NCBI GenBank assembly: GCA_964407715.1
Contig: CAYOWP010000006.1
Span: forward strand, 12,645-30,782
Direction of reading: 5' to 3'
DNA length: 18,138 nucleotides
DNA from: an uncultured archaeon
GTDB lineage: Archaea > EX4484-52 > JAADEF01
The notes under the pieces: generated by a model
What the model was told of the DNA's origin: nothing
The model's input: only the letters and a program-made list of their open reading frames with translations
Databases searched by the model: none
In this document: piece by piece, positions 6,778 to 16,645 of the stretch
How positions within the stretch are numbered: the first letter of the stretch is position 1
Layout: each line of letters opens with the position of its first letter
Program-made: the position numbers and the translations under genes

Positions 6778-7281
6778 CCTCTTTATTTAAAAGGGGTTAG
6801 CATGACATAAAATCTCTGTGAAATAGGTATTTTTCCTGTTAACCATTTTTTAATTTGGTTAACGGGAGATATAGCCTTTTTCATTTGGGGTATTAGAGCA
6901 GCTAAACCTTTAAAAGAGGTTAGCATACTGAAATGTGTTGCGAATGCGATATCTTCCCGTTAACCATTTTTTTAAAAAATAAAGATGGTTAAGGGGAAAC
7001 ATAGCCTTTTTCATTTGAGGTATTCGAGCATCTAACCTTTTATGCACGTTTGGTAAGCAGCTAACCCTTTTGAGAGGTTAGCGTACTCCAATATGCTTTG
7101 GAAAAGCAATGTTCTGCCGTTAACCATATTATCAAAAAATATTGTTAAAAGAGATATCCTCTTAATGAAGGATATTATAGCGGCTAACCTTCCAAGGCAA
7201 ATTGTGAAACAGCTAAACTTTTTCAAAGAGGTTAGCATGCTTTGGAATGTTGTTGTAATGACGATATCTTCCCATTAACCA
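6775..7281. repeat. Tandem array of about 3.5 degenerate palindromic units: half unit 6775-6845, units 6856-6966, 6986-7126, 7142-7281
   Basis: GGTTAGC recurs at 6795, 6918, 7076 and 7230; (G/A)TTAACCA at 6838, 6959, 7119 and 7274. 6871-6900 and 7001-7030 match at 28/30. Units are bounded by IRs and separated by 10-19 nt A/T-rich spacers. Confidence 0.88.
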
Positions 7282-7347
7282 TTTTTATATGCTTCTATGG
7301 ATTAGCTACTTTAAAATCTTTGTAAAAAGAGTATTTTTTCCTGGTAA

Positions 7348-8814
7348 TCAACTCTTATTTTTTGACTTTACCTTTTTTGATTTCTTTTTTGATAGAATTA
7401 CTAATATAACGATTAGTATAGCTATTAAAATTCCAGCAATTACTGTCTTTAAAACTGTTGGATTTGTTAAGATTACATATCCAGTTGGAAGGGATGTTTT
7501 TGAAGGACAAACACCACAATCTATTTCACATGTTGAACAATTTTCATTCTCTTCACAAATTCCATCTCCACAAAAATTCTTCTTTACTGCCAGAGTAATT
7601 GTATCGCCCGTTTTATCTATTTTAACAGGAAGTATATATTCTATTTTCTCTTCTGTGGTTTTAGGAGTCCATCTTATGATAGGATCCTCCTGTAAAATCT
7701 CAGGTAGAAGGCCTTTAAATACTATTTTATTTGCATTATCTACAATTTCCTTTGGAATTATTTCTATGATTTCTATATTTGCATCACTGATTTTTATAGT
7801 GATTTTTGATTTGTATATTTCTTTTCCTGTCTGCTTATTCCTTATTCTATATACTTTTATTTGTTTTTCAACAGAAACTTTTGGTTTATTGGATAAAGAA
7901 TTAATGAGGGATTTAACCTTTTCATTTGTTGCAATTGATAAAGCATAGCTTATTTCTTTTTGTGTTGTTTCTATTGTTCCAGAAGTTTCTTTTATCTGTT
8001 TTATTTCAGGTATTTTATCTTTTATTTGTTCTTTCAGTAACTCGATTGTACTAATTAATCTTAATTTCGTCTCCAAATCCTCTGTATTTTTTGCAATCTC
8101 TATTAATTCCTTCACAGTTTTAAGGTCTTTTAATGCTTTCTGATATTCTTCAAAAGACAAACCGATTGCGCTTAAATCATCAAAAGTTATTGAAAGAGTT
8201 TCTATGAGTGTTTTGGAGTTATAAATATCTTCTATCTCTATTCTTTGTTTTTCTTCTATTTTTGATAAAGCTTCTTTTGCTTCCTCTATTTTGTTGGATG
8301 CGATCAATTCCTTTATTTCATCTAATTCTGATTTTTCCTCTACAATATTTGGCTCTTCTTCTGTTTCATTACTTTCAGCTGTTTCTGCATATGGTGGAGT
8401 ATAACCTCCGCCTCTTCTTGCAGTGACAGGAGGAATATAATTTTCTGTTGTTTTTAAATCTAGTCTAGTGTAAGCTCCATTTGTAAAAGTTGCCGTCTGT
8501 ACTATTGAATAAGTATGTTTCGTAGCTGGATCATATAACTTAAAAGAAATTGTTTTACCTTCTCTGTTGTTGTCTGGATCTGTAACAAAAAATATAAAAG
8601 GATTGTATCCATACTTTCCATCTAACGTATAGGTTGTTCCCGCAACCTCTCCATCAACATATGCCTTTAATATAAACCCTGCTCCAACTTTTTCTCCATT
8701 ATTAAATGTTATTGTTCCATAAAATTGGTGAGGTATTCCTGGCACTGCAAAAGTGATTGAACTAAGTAGGATAGAAAACAATAACATAATCCAAAAAAAT
8801 TTTATTTTTACCAT
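7348..8814 (-). CDS. Predicted cell-surface protein with signal peptide and C-terminal membrane anchor, 488 aa
   Basis: N-terminal basic+hydrophobic leader, beta-rich domain (PHQFYG...DGKYG), GGG/acidic linker, helical region, CGDGICEENENCSTCEIDCGVC motif, TM helix and Lys-rich tail. Confidence 0.85.
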   Translation of the reverse strand: MVKIKFFWIMLLFSILLSSITFAVPGIPHQFYGTITFNNGEKVGAGFILKAYVDGEVAGTTYTLDGKYGYNPFIFFVTDPDNNREGKTISFKLYDPATKHTYSIVQTATFTNGAYTRLDLKTTENYIPPVTARRGGGYTPPYAETAESNETEEEPNIVEEKSELDEIKELIASNKIEEAKEALSKIEEKQRIEIEDIYNSKTLIETLSITFDDLSAIGLSFEEYQKALKDLKTVKELIEIAKNTEDLETKLRLISTIELLKEQIKDKIPEIKQIKETSGTIETTQKEISYALSIATNEKVKSLINSLSNKPKVSVEKQIKVYRIRNKQTGKEIYKSKITIKISDANIEIIEIIPKEIVDNANKIVFKGLLPEILQEDPIIRWTPKTTEEKIEYILPVKIDKTGDTITLAVKKNFCGDGICEENENCSTCEIDCGVCPSKTSLPTGYVILTNPTVLKTVIAGILIAILIVILVILSKKKSKKVKSKNKS

Positions 8815-8872
8815 AATTATCCCCCTTCTAACAACATTTCTTACTTATCCTCCTAAGTATATACATAAATTT

Positions 8873-11800
8873 TTAATCACAGATGTCTCCTGGACCATAC
8901 ATGTATGTTTCTCCTATATCACTTGACTTCATAAATATCCAATATCCTTTACCTGGTATCATATAATCATCAGGTGTAACTTCTTCAAATGTCTTCTTGT
9001 AATTATCATATGTTACCAAAGTTGTCCAGTATTTTTCAGATATGTCAATAATACATTCTTCCTCATTTAGATTTGGAATACTAATACATTCATACTTTAT
9101 TAAACTCGATAGAGCACAGTATACAGGAGATTCATCTTCACCAGGCTTTTGGTAATATCCAATTAAATTCCATCCAGGTTTTAAAACTCTCTGAGGAGGA
9201 GTCTCTTTTTCTTTGAACAAACTGCCATAACCTTCAATAACAGCTTCTTCTGTGGCGCTTATCCAATAACCATATCCAGCGGTCATTGTGTCAAGGTTAC
9301 TTGTTTCTGGACTGTCAGGATGGTAAACATACCATTCATCATTTACAGCATCATAGGTCCACACAGAATCTATTGCATTTTTAGCATCTCCTAAAACAGC
9401 ATCAATACTTGTATCTCCAGGCACAGTTGGAATAGAAATTAAATTCCATCCAGGAGTTAACTCAATAGAGTAGTAAGTAGCTGTTATAAAGCTCCATTCT
9501 GTATCTCCTAACTCATTTTCTGCAAGGTCAGTGATTCCAGTCAATGTCACTCTAAATTCTGTATTGGAGTCCAAGTTGTTTGTTGGATCAAATGTTAATG
9601 TATCTGTACTGTATGTTACTATCCCTTCAATAGAGTTCCCAGTAGAATCGATAACAGAAATACAATTTTCCCAACTTCCTAAAGTGCACTTTACCTCTTC
9701 ACTAAACTTCACCATGATATTAGTAGTTGGATCCACACCAACTGCATTTATTCCTGGGCTTCTTTCCAAAATTGTTGGAGGAGTCAAATCCACAGTAAAT
9801 GAGATTACATAATCTTCAGAGTTAACTGGTTCACCATCTATCTCGGATTTACATTTTACGTAATATGTATACTTTCCTTCTTTAAGGTTACTTAACTCAA
9901 CATAATGATATAATCCATCATCTGTGTTAAATGTTCCCTCCATTGAATCATACTCTGTTCCTTCTGTTTCGCTATACTTACAAGTTGCTGGTCTGTCGGT
10001 TGTTAAGGAAAGTGTCAAAGTATCTGTATTTACATAACCAGTTGGCGCTCCGTTTTCTCTAACAGGTGCATCATCTTTGCTTGCTTTTAGCCATGGATCA
10101 TAATCAACATTTTCGCTTACAGCATCACAACCCTCACTACCAGGTCCATCAGCACAGCCCCAGTAGTTGAATTCTGCATCTAAAATACCACTGCCATCGT
10201 TATAAACACCATATGCAGCATTTCCTTCGATATTATTGAAATTGATCTTTATACATGAGACATCAACACCTACTATATGGATACCGGAATCTACCTCGAC
10301 ATTATTAATGATGTTGTTGTTTGTTATAACGATTTGATTGCTTGTAGGACCTAGCCAAATACCATGTCCCCAGTTTGAGATGTCATTTCCTTCTATAGTA
10401 GCATCGACTGTACCATCGCCATATTCAGATCCGATTGAAATACCTTCACCATAGCCAGCTCCAGTTAGATCGTTGTTCTTTATGGTAACGGTAATGGCAG
10501 CATTTTCATCCCACGTCACAGCACCTGTACCGGCAATATAGGAAAGGCTTGTAAGACCACTTGCATCTATCGTGTTGTTCTCGATCGTTACATCACAAGT
10601 AACAGGTGGATACCATCCTGCCTGGGCAACAATACCGGCTTGACAGTTAGTTACTATGTTATTTCTGGCATTTCCACTTGAATCGACGAATAGAATTCCA
10701 GTTGCTATCCAACCTGCGCCTGTGTAAGCAATATCTGATACCATATTTTCAACTACAGAACCGGTTGCTCCGTAGCCAATCTGAATTCCATTTTGAGCCA
10801 CATCATCCCTAGGTCCTGAGCCAATGATGGTATTATCATGTATATTAACTGTAAGCCCCTCGTAATTTGCTGTAATTCCGTTTTTGTAGAAATTTGAGAT
10901 TGTAGATCCTTTTACTTCCACGTTAACATTATTGCCCATAGAGGAAAGATAAATAGCATTACCATCGGCTATATTAATGCCTTCTACGGTAACAGAATCA
11001 ATTATTCCATTGACACCACGATATAATATTCCAACGAACATAGTGTCTCCACTTGGTACAGAACTGACCTCTGAACCATCTATCTTTAGATTCTTTATAG
11101 TTGCATCAGCATTGGCCACAACTATAGGAGCTGTGTTATCAGATCCACCAGGTTTTCGGCTGAAAAGCTGGAAGTTATCTGCTGTAGTCTGAGATGGCTT
11201 TATGATTGTTGTATCTCCCTGACCTTGAATTGTTAGAGGTTTACTAATAATAATCTGCTCATCATAAGTTCCATCAGCAACTTCAATTGTATCTCCTTCA
11301 CTTGCAGCATCTATAGCTGCTTGAATGCTGGTGAAGTCAGCTCCACTTGGACCAACAGTAAGAGAATTATCCAAATCAACCACAAATGAAACACTATCAG
11401 AAACTGAATTTCCTGCGGCATCTGTTACAGTTAGTGTTAAATGATGACGACCATCAGATAAGCCAGTAATCGTTGTATCAACTTGCATATCACGTTGACA
11501 ATCCACTGAAGCAGGATCGTTATTATCAATTTTATAAGAGCAAGTTACCGCTGTTCCTGTGTCATGAGGAGTAAATCTCAATGGAACGTTACCTTTATAA
11601 ACTTTATCATTTTTTGGTTCATCGAAATTAGTAATAGTTGGCTTTTGAGTATCAACAGTTAATTCATTGCTCGTATCATCATTTCCAATATTACCAGCTT
11701 GATCAGTTGCAGTTACAGAAACATCATAAGTTCCGTCACTCAATTCATCGGTAACATCAGCTGTCCAAGTACCATCGCCATTATTCGTTGCTGCATATGT

Positions 11801-14443
11801 ATTTCCACCTACAGTTACTTCAACTGTAGCTGTAGGATCATCAACTGTACCTGTCAATTGAGGAGTATTATCATTGATAATTAAAGTGTTAATAGTTACT
11901 ACTGGTGCTTTAGTATCTACAGTAACCGTTTTACTTGTATCTGTTACTGAATTTCCAGCCTTATCAGTGATAACTACTTCTATTGTATAAACTCCATCGC
12001 TAACTAAATTTTCATTGTCATCTTTTCCATCCCAAATTTTTGAGATTGAACTGGTTTCAGTTCCAGTCCAAGATTTAACAGTATTACCTTCGCCATCTTT
12101 AATACTAATTGTATAATCCACTGCCTCGGAAAATTCTAAATTAATAGTTGCAGTATCTTTTACTCCATCATTATTAGGTGAAAAGATAGGATTATCTATA
12201 GTATAAGTTGTAATTTCTGGAGGAGTATTATCTACAGTAACAGAAATAGCACTAGATGTTAGCGAGTTCCCTGCTTTATCAATTGCCACAGCAGTTAGAG
12301 AATAAGTACCGTCTTTAACTTTTGTTGTATCCCAATCTATAGAATATGGCGAATCTGCATCTTCTCCTATTTTTGTATTCTCATAATAAAACTCAACTTT
12401 TGCTATTCCAGAACCACCATTATTGTCCTTTGCGTCTGCTTGTATGGTAATTTTTCCTTTTACGTAGTCATCATTTGAAGGACTTGTTATTTTTATAGTT
12501 ATTGGTTTTGTTTTATCAATTTTAACTGTGAAAGTGCCAACATCTGAAGGGTTACCAGCGTTATCCCAAGCCTGATATCTTATAACCTTTATTCCATCAT
12601 CCGAAAAAGTTAATTGATATGGAGAATAAAGAACAGTACCTTGTGAAACATCGCAAGATTCGCCCTCGCAATATTTAACCTCTTTTATTTTACTATCTCC
12701 TTCATCGTGTGGTGACAAAGATACTGTCTGCTCAGAGTTAACCCAAATTCCATCATATATATAATCATCAGAAATTGTTGGAGCAATTTTATCAACTCTA
12801 AATTCAACCGGTCCTGCTGTAGCAGAATTTCCTACATTGTCTTCTCCATAAGCACAAACCCATTGGTGAGAAGAAATTTTCACTGAAGTACCAACAGTAT
12901 ATTCTGAAGCATCACCAGGACAGGTTCCGGGATCTGAATCATAAAGTTTATAACCAATTGTATTTGAATTACATCCGCTTTCTCCATTACCATCTTCGCA
13001 AGAAATTTGAGCTATTCGATCCACATTTACCCAATCATCAGGATTGCCAGAAATTGAAATTGACGGAGCATTTTTATCTACTACCACATTAACTGCTGCC
13101 CCCTTTCCTGTATTCTCAACATAATCTGTCGCTCTAAAGTTAATTGAGGTAGCGCCAGAAGTATCAACATTTTCTGCTTTGCAAAGATGGTTTTCAGAAT
13201 CATACTCTGCGAAATTCCAATTTATTCCACCATCTAAAGTATATTCACAACTCGCTACTCCAGAGCCATCTCCATCATTTACTGAGGCAGAGATAGTGGA
13301 AGTACCAGAAATATAGAGATTTGTACCATCAGAATAAGATGGTTCTATCTGGATATTTTCAATTGTTGGTCCGCTGTTATCAACATAAACGGATAATGTT
13401 TTCGCATTTTCCACATTTCCAGCTTTGTCCTCGCTCCAATAAGTAATCGTATGAGGACCTTCGCTGGAAATGGTTATTGGATTAGAGTAGAGTTGATCAT
13501 CTCCGTTATCTATTTTGTAATAAGTTACCTGAACTCCTGAACCCTCATCTTCTGCACTTAGGGTGATTTGAGTTGAGGAGGTTATATAAGTTGGATTTGT
13601 ACCATATTTCGGGTCTCCAACACTAACCTCAGTTACTGGTGCTTTTTTATCGATTTTGATAACTCCTGAAGTTTTAGTGTTTTCTGTATTGTCAACATTA
13701 TCGATAGAATAGTACTTTATTGTATACTTGCAAACAGAATCTTTTGAGCAAGTTATGGGTATAGAAATACTATTTCCTGTTCCTATTTGTTCATTACCGC
13801 AATTTTCTCCGTTTTCATCGCAGATTTGATAATGAATTTCTTTGCAATCGGAACCTATATCACCGTCATTGCAAGTTAAAGTAACGGTAACATCAGAATT
13901 CTGCCATTCTGTTGGAGCATTATCTGAGGTTGTTGGTGGAGTAACATCAACTGTAGTTGTAGCATCGGTATTGGTAGAGGAACCCCCTGCATTATCATAT
14001 GTAGTCACAATCCAAGTTACTACAGTATCTTGAGATAATCCACTTGCAGAAGCAGCATCAAAAGAAACCTCAGCTGAGCTACCTTTTTCAATGTATTGTG
14101 GGTCTGTAAAATCATATAAACACTTAGCTAATTTATTTATTGAATCATAAATAGGTATCCAATTTAATGGACATTGTAGATTGCCACTGTAAGCAATAGT
14201 ACCATCTTCTGGAAACTTTATTACAATTCCCTTTAATTTATCATCTCCATTATTTGTTACCGTAAAAGTGTATGTCTTCGTGACTTCGCCTTGGACGTAT
14301 TGTGGAGAGACTGTCACGCTTGCGGTATGGGTTGCGAAGGCAGGAAGGATACAAAGAGCCATGAAGAATAATGACAAGACAAACAATGACTTTGACACTC
14401 CTACAGAATTTATTATCAAGTTTTTTATGGATGTTTTTTGCAT
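8873..14443 (-). CDS. Giant secreted/surface protein, 1856 aa, with multiple Ig-like domains and a right-handed beta-helix
   Basis: Signal peptide and SD GGAGGTG. Repeated D.AGN...VD.T.P Ig-like units, FSPNNDG (FlgD-Ig-like), TSIQAAIDAA..GDTI.V..GTY.E beta-helix start ending VDYDPWL, SbsA-type Ig unit, duplicated PGWNLI...G.GYWI C-terminus. Confidence 0.9.
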   Translation of the reverse strand: MQKTSIKNLIINSVGVSKSLFVLSLFFMALCILPAFATHTASVTVSPQYVQGEVTKTYTFTVTNNGDDKLKGIVIKFPEDGTIAYSGNLQCPLNWIPIYDSINKLAKCLYDFTDPQYIEKGSSAEVSFDAASASGLSQDTVVTWIVTTYDNAGGSSTNTDATTTVDVTPPTTSDNAPTEWQNSDVTVTLTCNDGDIGSDCKEIHYQICDENGENCGNEQIGTGNSISIPITCSKDSVCKYTIKYYSIDNVDNTENTKTSGVIKIDKKAPVTEVSVGDPKYGTNPTYITSSTQITLSAEDEGSGVQVTYYKIDNGDDQLYSNPITISSEGPHTITYWSEDKAGNVENAKTLSVYVDNSGPTIENIQIEPSYSDGTNLYISGTSTISASVNDGDGSGVASCEYTLDGGINWNFAEYDSENHLCKAENVDTSGATSINFRATDYVENTGKGAAVNVVVDKNAPSISISGNPDDWVNVDRIAQISCEDGNGESGCNSNTIGYKLYDSDPGTCPGDASEYTVGTSVKISSHQWVCAYGEDNVGNSATAGPVEFRVDKIAPTISDDYIYDGIWVNSEQTVSLSPHDEGDSKIKEVKYCEGESCDVSQGTVLYSPYQLTFSDDGIKVIRYQAWDNAGNPSDVGTFTVKIDKTKPITIKITSPSNDDYVKGKITIQADAKDNNGGSGIAKVEFYYENTKIGEDADSPYSIDWDTTKVKDGTYSLTAVAIDKAGNSLTSSAISVTVDNTPPEITTYTIDNPIFSPNNDGVKDTATINLEFSEAVDYTISIKDGEGNTVKSWTGTETSSISKIWDGKDDNENLVSDGVYTIEVVITDKAGNSVTDTSKTVTVDTKAPVVTINTLIINDNTPQLTGTVDDPTATVEVTVGGNTYAATNNGDGTWTADVTDELSDGTYDVSVTATDQAGNIGNDDTSNELTVDTQKPTITNFDEPKNDKVYKGNVPLRFTPHDTGTAVTCSYKIDNNDPASVDCQRDMQVDTTITGLSDGRHHLTLTVTDAAGNSVSDSVSFVVDLDNSLTVGPSGADFTSIQAAIDAASEGDTIEVADGTYDEQIIISKPLTIQGQGDTTIIKPSQTTADNFQLFSRKPGGSDNTAPIVVANADATIKNLKIDGSEVSSVPSGDTMFVGILYRGVNGIIDSVTVEGINIADGNAIYLSSMGNNVNVEVKGSTISNFYKNGITANYEGLTVNIHDNTIIGSGPRDDVAQNGIQIGYGATGSVVENMVSDIAYTGAGWIATGILFVDSSGNARNNIVTNCQAGIVAQAGWYPPVTCDVTIENNTIDASGLTSLSYIAGTGAVTWDENAAITVTIKNNDLTGAGYGEGISIGSEYGDGTVDATIEGNDISNWGHGIWLGPTSNQIVITNNNIINNVEVDSGIHIVGVDVSCIKINFNNIEGNAAYGVYNDGSGILDAEFNYWGCADGPGSEGCDAVSENVDYDPWLKASKDDAPVRENGAPTGYVNTDTLTLSLTTDRPATCKYSETEGTEYDSMEGTFNTDDGLYHYVELSNLKEGKYTYYVKCKSEIDGEPVNSEDYVISFTVDLTPPTILERSPGINAVGVDPTTNIMVKFSEEVKCTLGSWENCISVIDSTGNSIEGIVTYSTDTLTFDPTNNLDSNTEFRVTLTGITDLAENELGDTEWSFITATYYSIELTPGWNLISIPTVPGDTSIDAVLGDAKNAIDSVWTYDAVNDEWYVYHPDSPETSNLDTMTAGYGYWISATEEAVIEGYGSLFKEKETPPQRVLKPGWNLIGYYQKPGEDESPVYCALSSLIKYECISIPNLNEEECIIDISEKYWTTLVTYDNYKKTFEEVTPDDYMIPGKGYWIFMKSSDIGETYMYGPGDICD

Positions 14444-14642
14444 AATGCCACCTCCTTTTTTCTATTTATTTATGATCGAAATTTTTCGATTTAATATTAT
14501 CTTAATATATGAAGAAAACTTTTTAAAGTTTTCCCTCTTTTCCATGAGAATAAGAGGGCCTATACATAAATTTTAAAATATTTCGTAAAATATATTATTA
14601 GTATATTTCAAAAATAAAGTTGAGTTATAAAAGGTGAAAGAT

Positions 14643-14924
14643 ATGAATCCTATGGCAAAAATGATAGGTGGTTGGTTAATAGTAGTTGCAGGTGTAATAT
14701 GGTATGTTTTCTTCTATAAGGATTTATGGACATTCATAAAAGGCACATTAGGTTTGGGATTGATATTAGTAGGACTTTTAATTTATCTCATTGGAAGGGA
14801 AGAGAAGGCATTTATTGAAGAAGAGAAAAAATTGGAAAAGGAATTAAAAAAAGCAGAGGAAGAAATGAAAAAGAAAGGCAAAACAAAAACTTCTAAACCT
14901 ACTAAAAAATCAAAGAGGAAGTAG
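14643..14924 (+). CDS. Small membrane protein, two TM helices and charged/basic C-terminal tail
   Basis: Two hydrophobic stretches. SD AGGTGA contains the track's GTG, so the ATG at 14643 is preferred. Confidence 0.75.
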   Translation: MNPMAKMIGGWLIVVAGVIWYVFFYKDLWTFIKGTLGLGLILVGLLIYLIGREEKAFIEEEKKLEKELKKAEEEMKKKGKTKTSKPTKKSKRK

Positions 14925-14936
14925 TTAAGTGATGTA

Positions 14937-15767
14937 ATGAACAAAACACATTACATTAAATTCTTAATTGGATTATTTTTGCTTTTATTTGTTTTTTATT
15001 ATATAAAACCTACAAAAGAGATATTATCCAAAATTGTGTGGAAGTACATTTTTCTTAGTTCTCTTTTTTTGATTTTTAGTTATAATTTCAGAGCGTTGGG
15101 ATTTGTTTTCTTAACAAAAGTATTCAAAAATAAAAAAGCAACCTTTAAGGAAAATCTTGAGTTTTATAAGATTTCTTTAAAATCAATGATTATAAATGAA
15201 GTGAGCATAAAGGGAAGTGGAGACATTTACAAATTTGCATTACTTAAGAAAAGAATTGGTTATTCCAATAAAGATAGCGCTTTTCTTACATTAAGCGATA
15301 GAATCCTTTCTCTTTTCTCTTTGATTTTTATTGTTTTATTTATTCTCCTTAAAGATAATATCTTAGGAATAAGCATTGCGATTTTTTTAGGTTTAATGAT
15401 GTTGCTCATATTTTCTAAAATAATGAGAAATAAGATTTATTATAATAAAAAAATGATTATTATATCATTTTTATCAAATTCCTTAGGTTGGTTCTTTGAG
15501 GGAATAGCATTATATATAATCTTCATGAAGAATTTGGTATATGAGGTTTCCTTTCCTCAAATATATTTGCTTCTTGCATCTTATATTATAATAGGATATG
15601 CCTCCTTAATTCCTTCCTCATTGGGAATTAGAGAACTTATATTCGTGTTATGTTCTAAGATATATTCGGCATCTCAAGAGATATATTTTATAGCGTCTCT
15701 TATCTTGAGAGTAGCCCACATCATTGCTATAATAGTGCTATCTTTCCTTATAAAAATATTACATTAA
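14937..15767 (+). CDS. Flippase-like / lysylphosphatidylglycerol synthase TM-domain (UPF0104-type) membrane protein
   Basis: Multi-pass hydrophobic pattern with GD..K...L, DR and P..LG.RE motifs typical of the family. Confidence 0.75.
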   Translation: MNKTHYIKFLIGLFLLLFVFYYIKPTKEILSKIVWKYIFLSSLFLIFSYNFRALGFVFLTKVFKNKKATFKENLEFYKISLKSMIINEVSIKGSGDIYKFALLKKRIGYSNKDSAFLTLSDRILSLFSLIFIVLFILLKDNILGISIAIFLGLMMLLIFSKIMRNKIYYNKKMIIISFLSNSLGWFFEGIALYIIFMKNLVYEVSFPQIYLLLASYIIIGYASLIPSSLGIRELIFVLCSKIYSASQEIYFIASLILRVAHIIAIIVLSFLIKILH

Positions 15768-15805
15768 TAACTTATATATTATCGTGTGCAATTACATAAT
15801 ACTTT

Positions 15806-16636
15806 ATGGTAGATTATTTTGTTAGCTCTTTTTTGAATATAGGAATAGAGAAGGTTGTGGAACCACTTTTTACCTTCTATGTGAACTATAATTTTTATAT
15901 AAATTTTGGATTATTTTTTGTTTTTATATTTTTATTAATAAGAAACTTCATGAGATTCGCTTATATAACTTCTCGTATAAATGAAATTAGTTTTGCAATC
16001 TCGCTAAGTATGTCTATGATATTATATTATCTTGCAAAGAGATTATTTTTAAAGCCTGAAATTGTCATATTGTTGATTTCTTTTATACTTATGATTTATC
16101 TTGTAGATTTTATGTTTTCCACCTTGATCTTCATTTTTTCATTCTTATTTTTTATGATAAAAGGGCAAATCTATACAGATATCGCAATATTAATCTCATA
16201 CTATAATGTTGCTTTTAGTATATTGTATCATAAGGCATTATTAAAAGATGTAAATGCTATGTTTGCTATATCTCATGACATAAAAAGGAAATTCAGATAT
16301 TTTGTAAAATATATTTTTAAAAGCGCTCTGATTATGCTCCCTCTTCTTTTGATATGGTTAAAGAGCATTGAGAATATAGGTTTTCTATATATGTGCTTAG
16401 TGATTCATGCAATATATGCTCTTTTTGCGCTATCAGATAAGATAATCCTTTTTCTTATCTTTTCTATTTTTATCCAAAGCAATATAGAGGAGAATCAAAA
16501 AGCAATAGAGAGGAAAATTGAGTTACTTGAGAAATTGAAGAAGGATATAAAAGAGAAATCTTTTTATGGAAGTGAAGAGATATTAAATAGAATAGAAAGA
16601 GAGATAAGAAAATTGAAGGAGAGTAAGACATCATGA
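15806..16636 (+). CDS. Hypothetical multi-pass membrane protein with C-terminal coiled coil
   Basis: 276-aa ORF with many hydrophobic segments and a charged helical tail; no family recognised. Confidence 0.7.
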   Translation: MVDYFVSSFLNIGIEKVVEPLFTFYVNYNFYINFGLFFVFIFLLIRNFMRFAYITSRINEISFAISLSMSMILYYLAKRLFLKPEIVILLISFILMIYLVDFMFSTLIFIFSFLFFMIKGQIYTDIAILISYYNVAFSILYHKALLKDVNAMFAISHDIKRKFRYFVKYIFKSALIMLPLLLIWLKSIENIGFLYMCLVIHAIYALFALSDKIILFLIFSIFIQSNIEENQKAIERKIELLEKLKKDIKEKSFYGSEEILNRIEREIRKLKESKTS

Positions 16637-16645
16637 GAGAGCATT

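Noticed and set aside
7032-7278. Short ORFs 7032-7238 (-) and 7093-7278 (+)
   Set aside because: They lie inside the palindromic array, and the frames are not preserved between units.
6775-7281. CRISPR array
   Set aside because: Periods are about 121-160 nt, units are degenerate, the intervening sequences are similar to each other, and no cas genes are nearby.
6856-7281. Integron attC array (AAC...GTT ends, suitable lengths, one-base asymmetry)
   Set aside because: The spacer region is paired, no L-box extrahelical pattern is evident, and there are no cassette ORFs or integrase. An IntegronFinder run would settle it.
5148-7281. Replication origin with ORB repeats
   Set aside because: No TTCCAGTGGAAAC/G-string ORB consensus and no orc1/cdc6 in the window.
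7289-7948. 219-aa plus-strand ORF and other antisense ORFs (541, 1917, 2556, 3787, 4447, 6291, 8208, 9531, 10977, 11699, 13842, 14268, 16891)
   Set aside because: They are shadows of better-supported genes on the opposite strand, with typical antisense composition.
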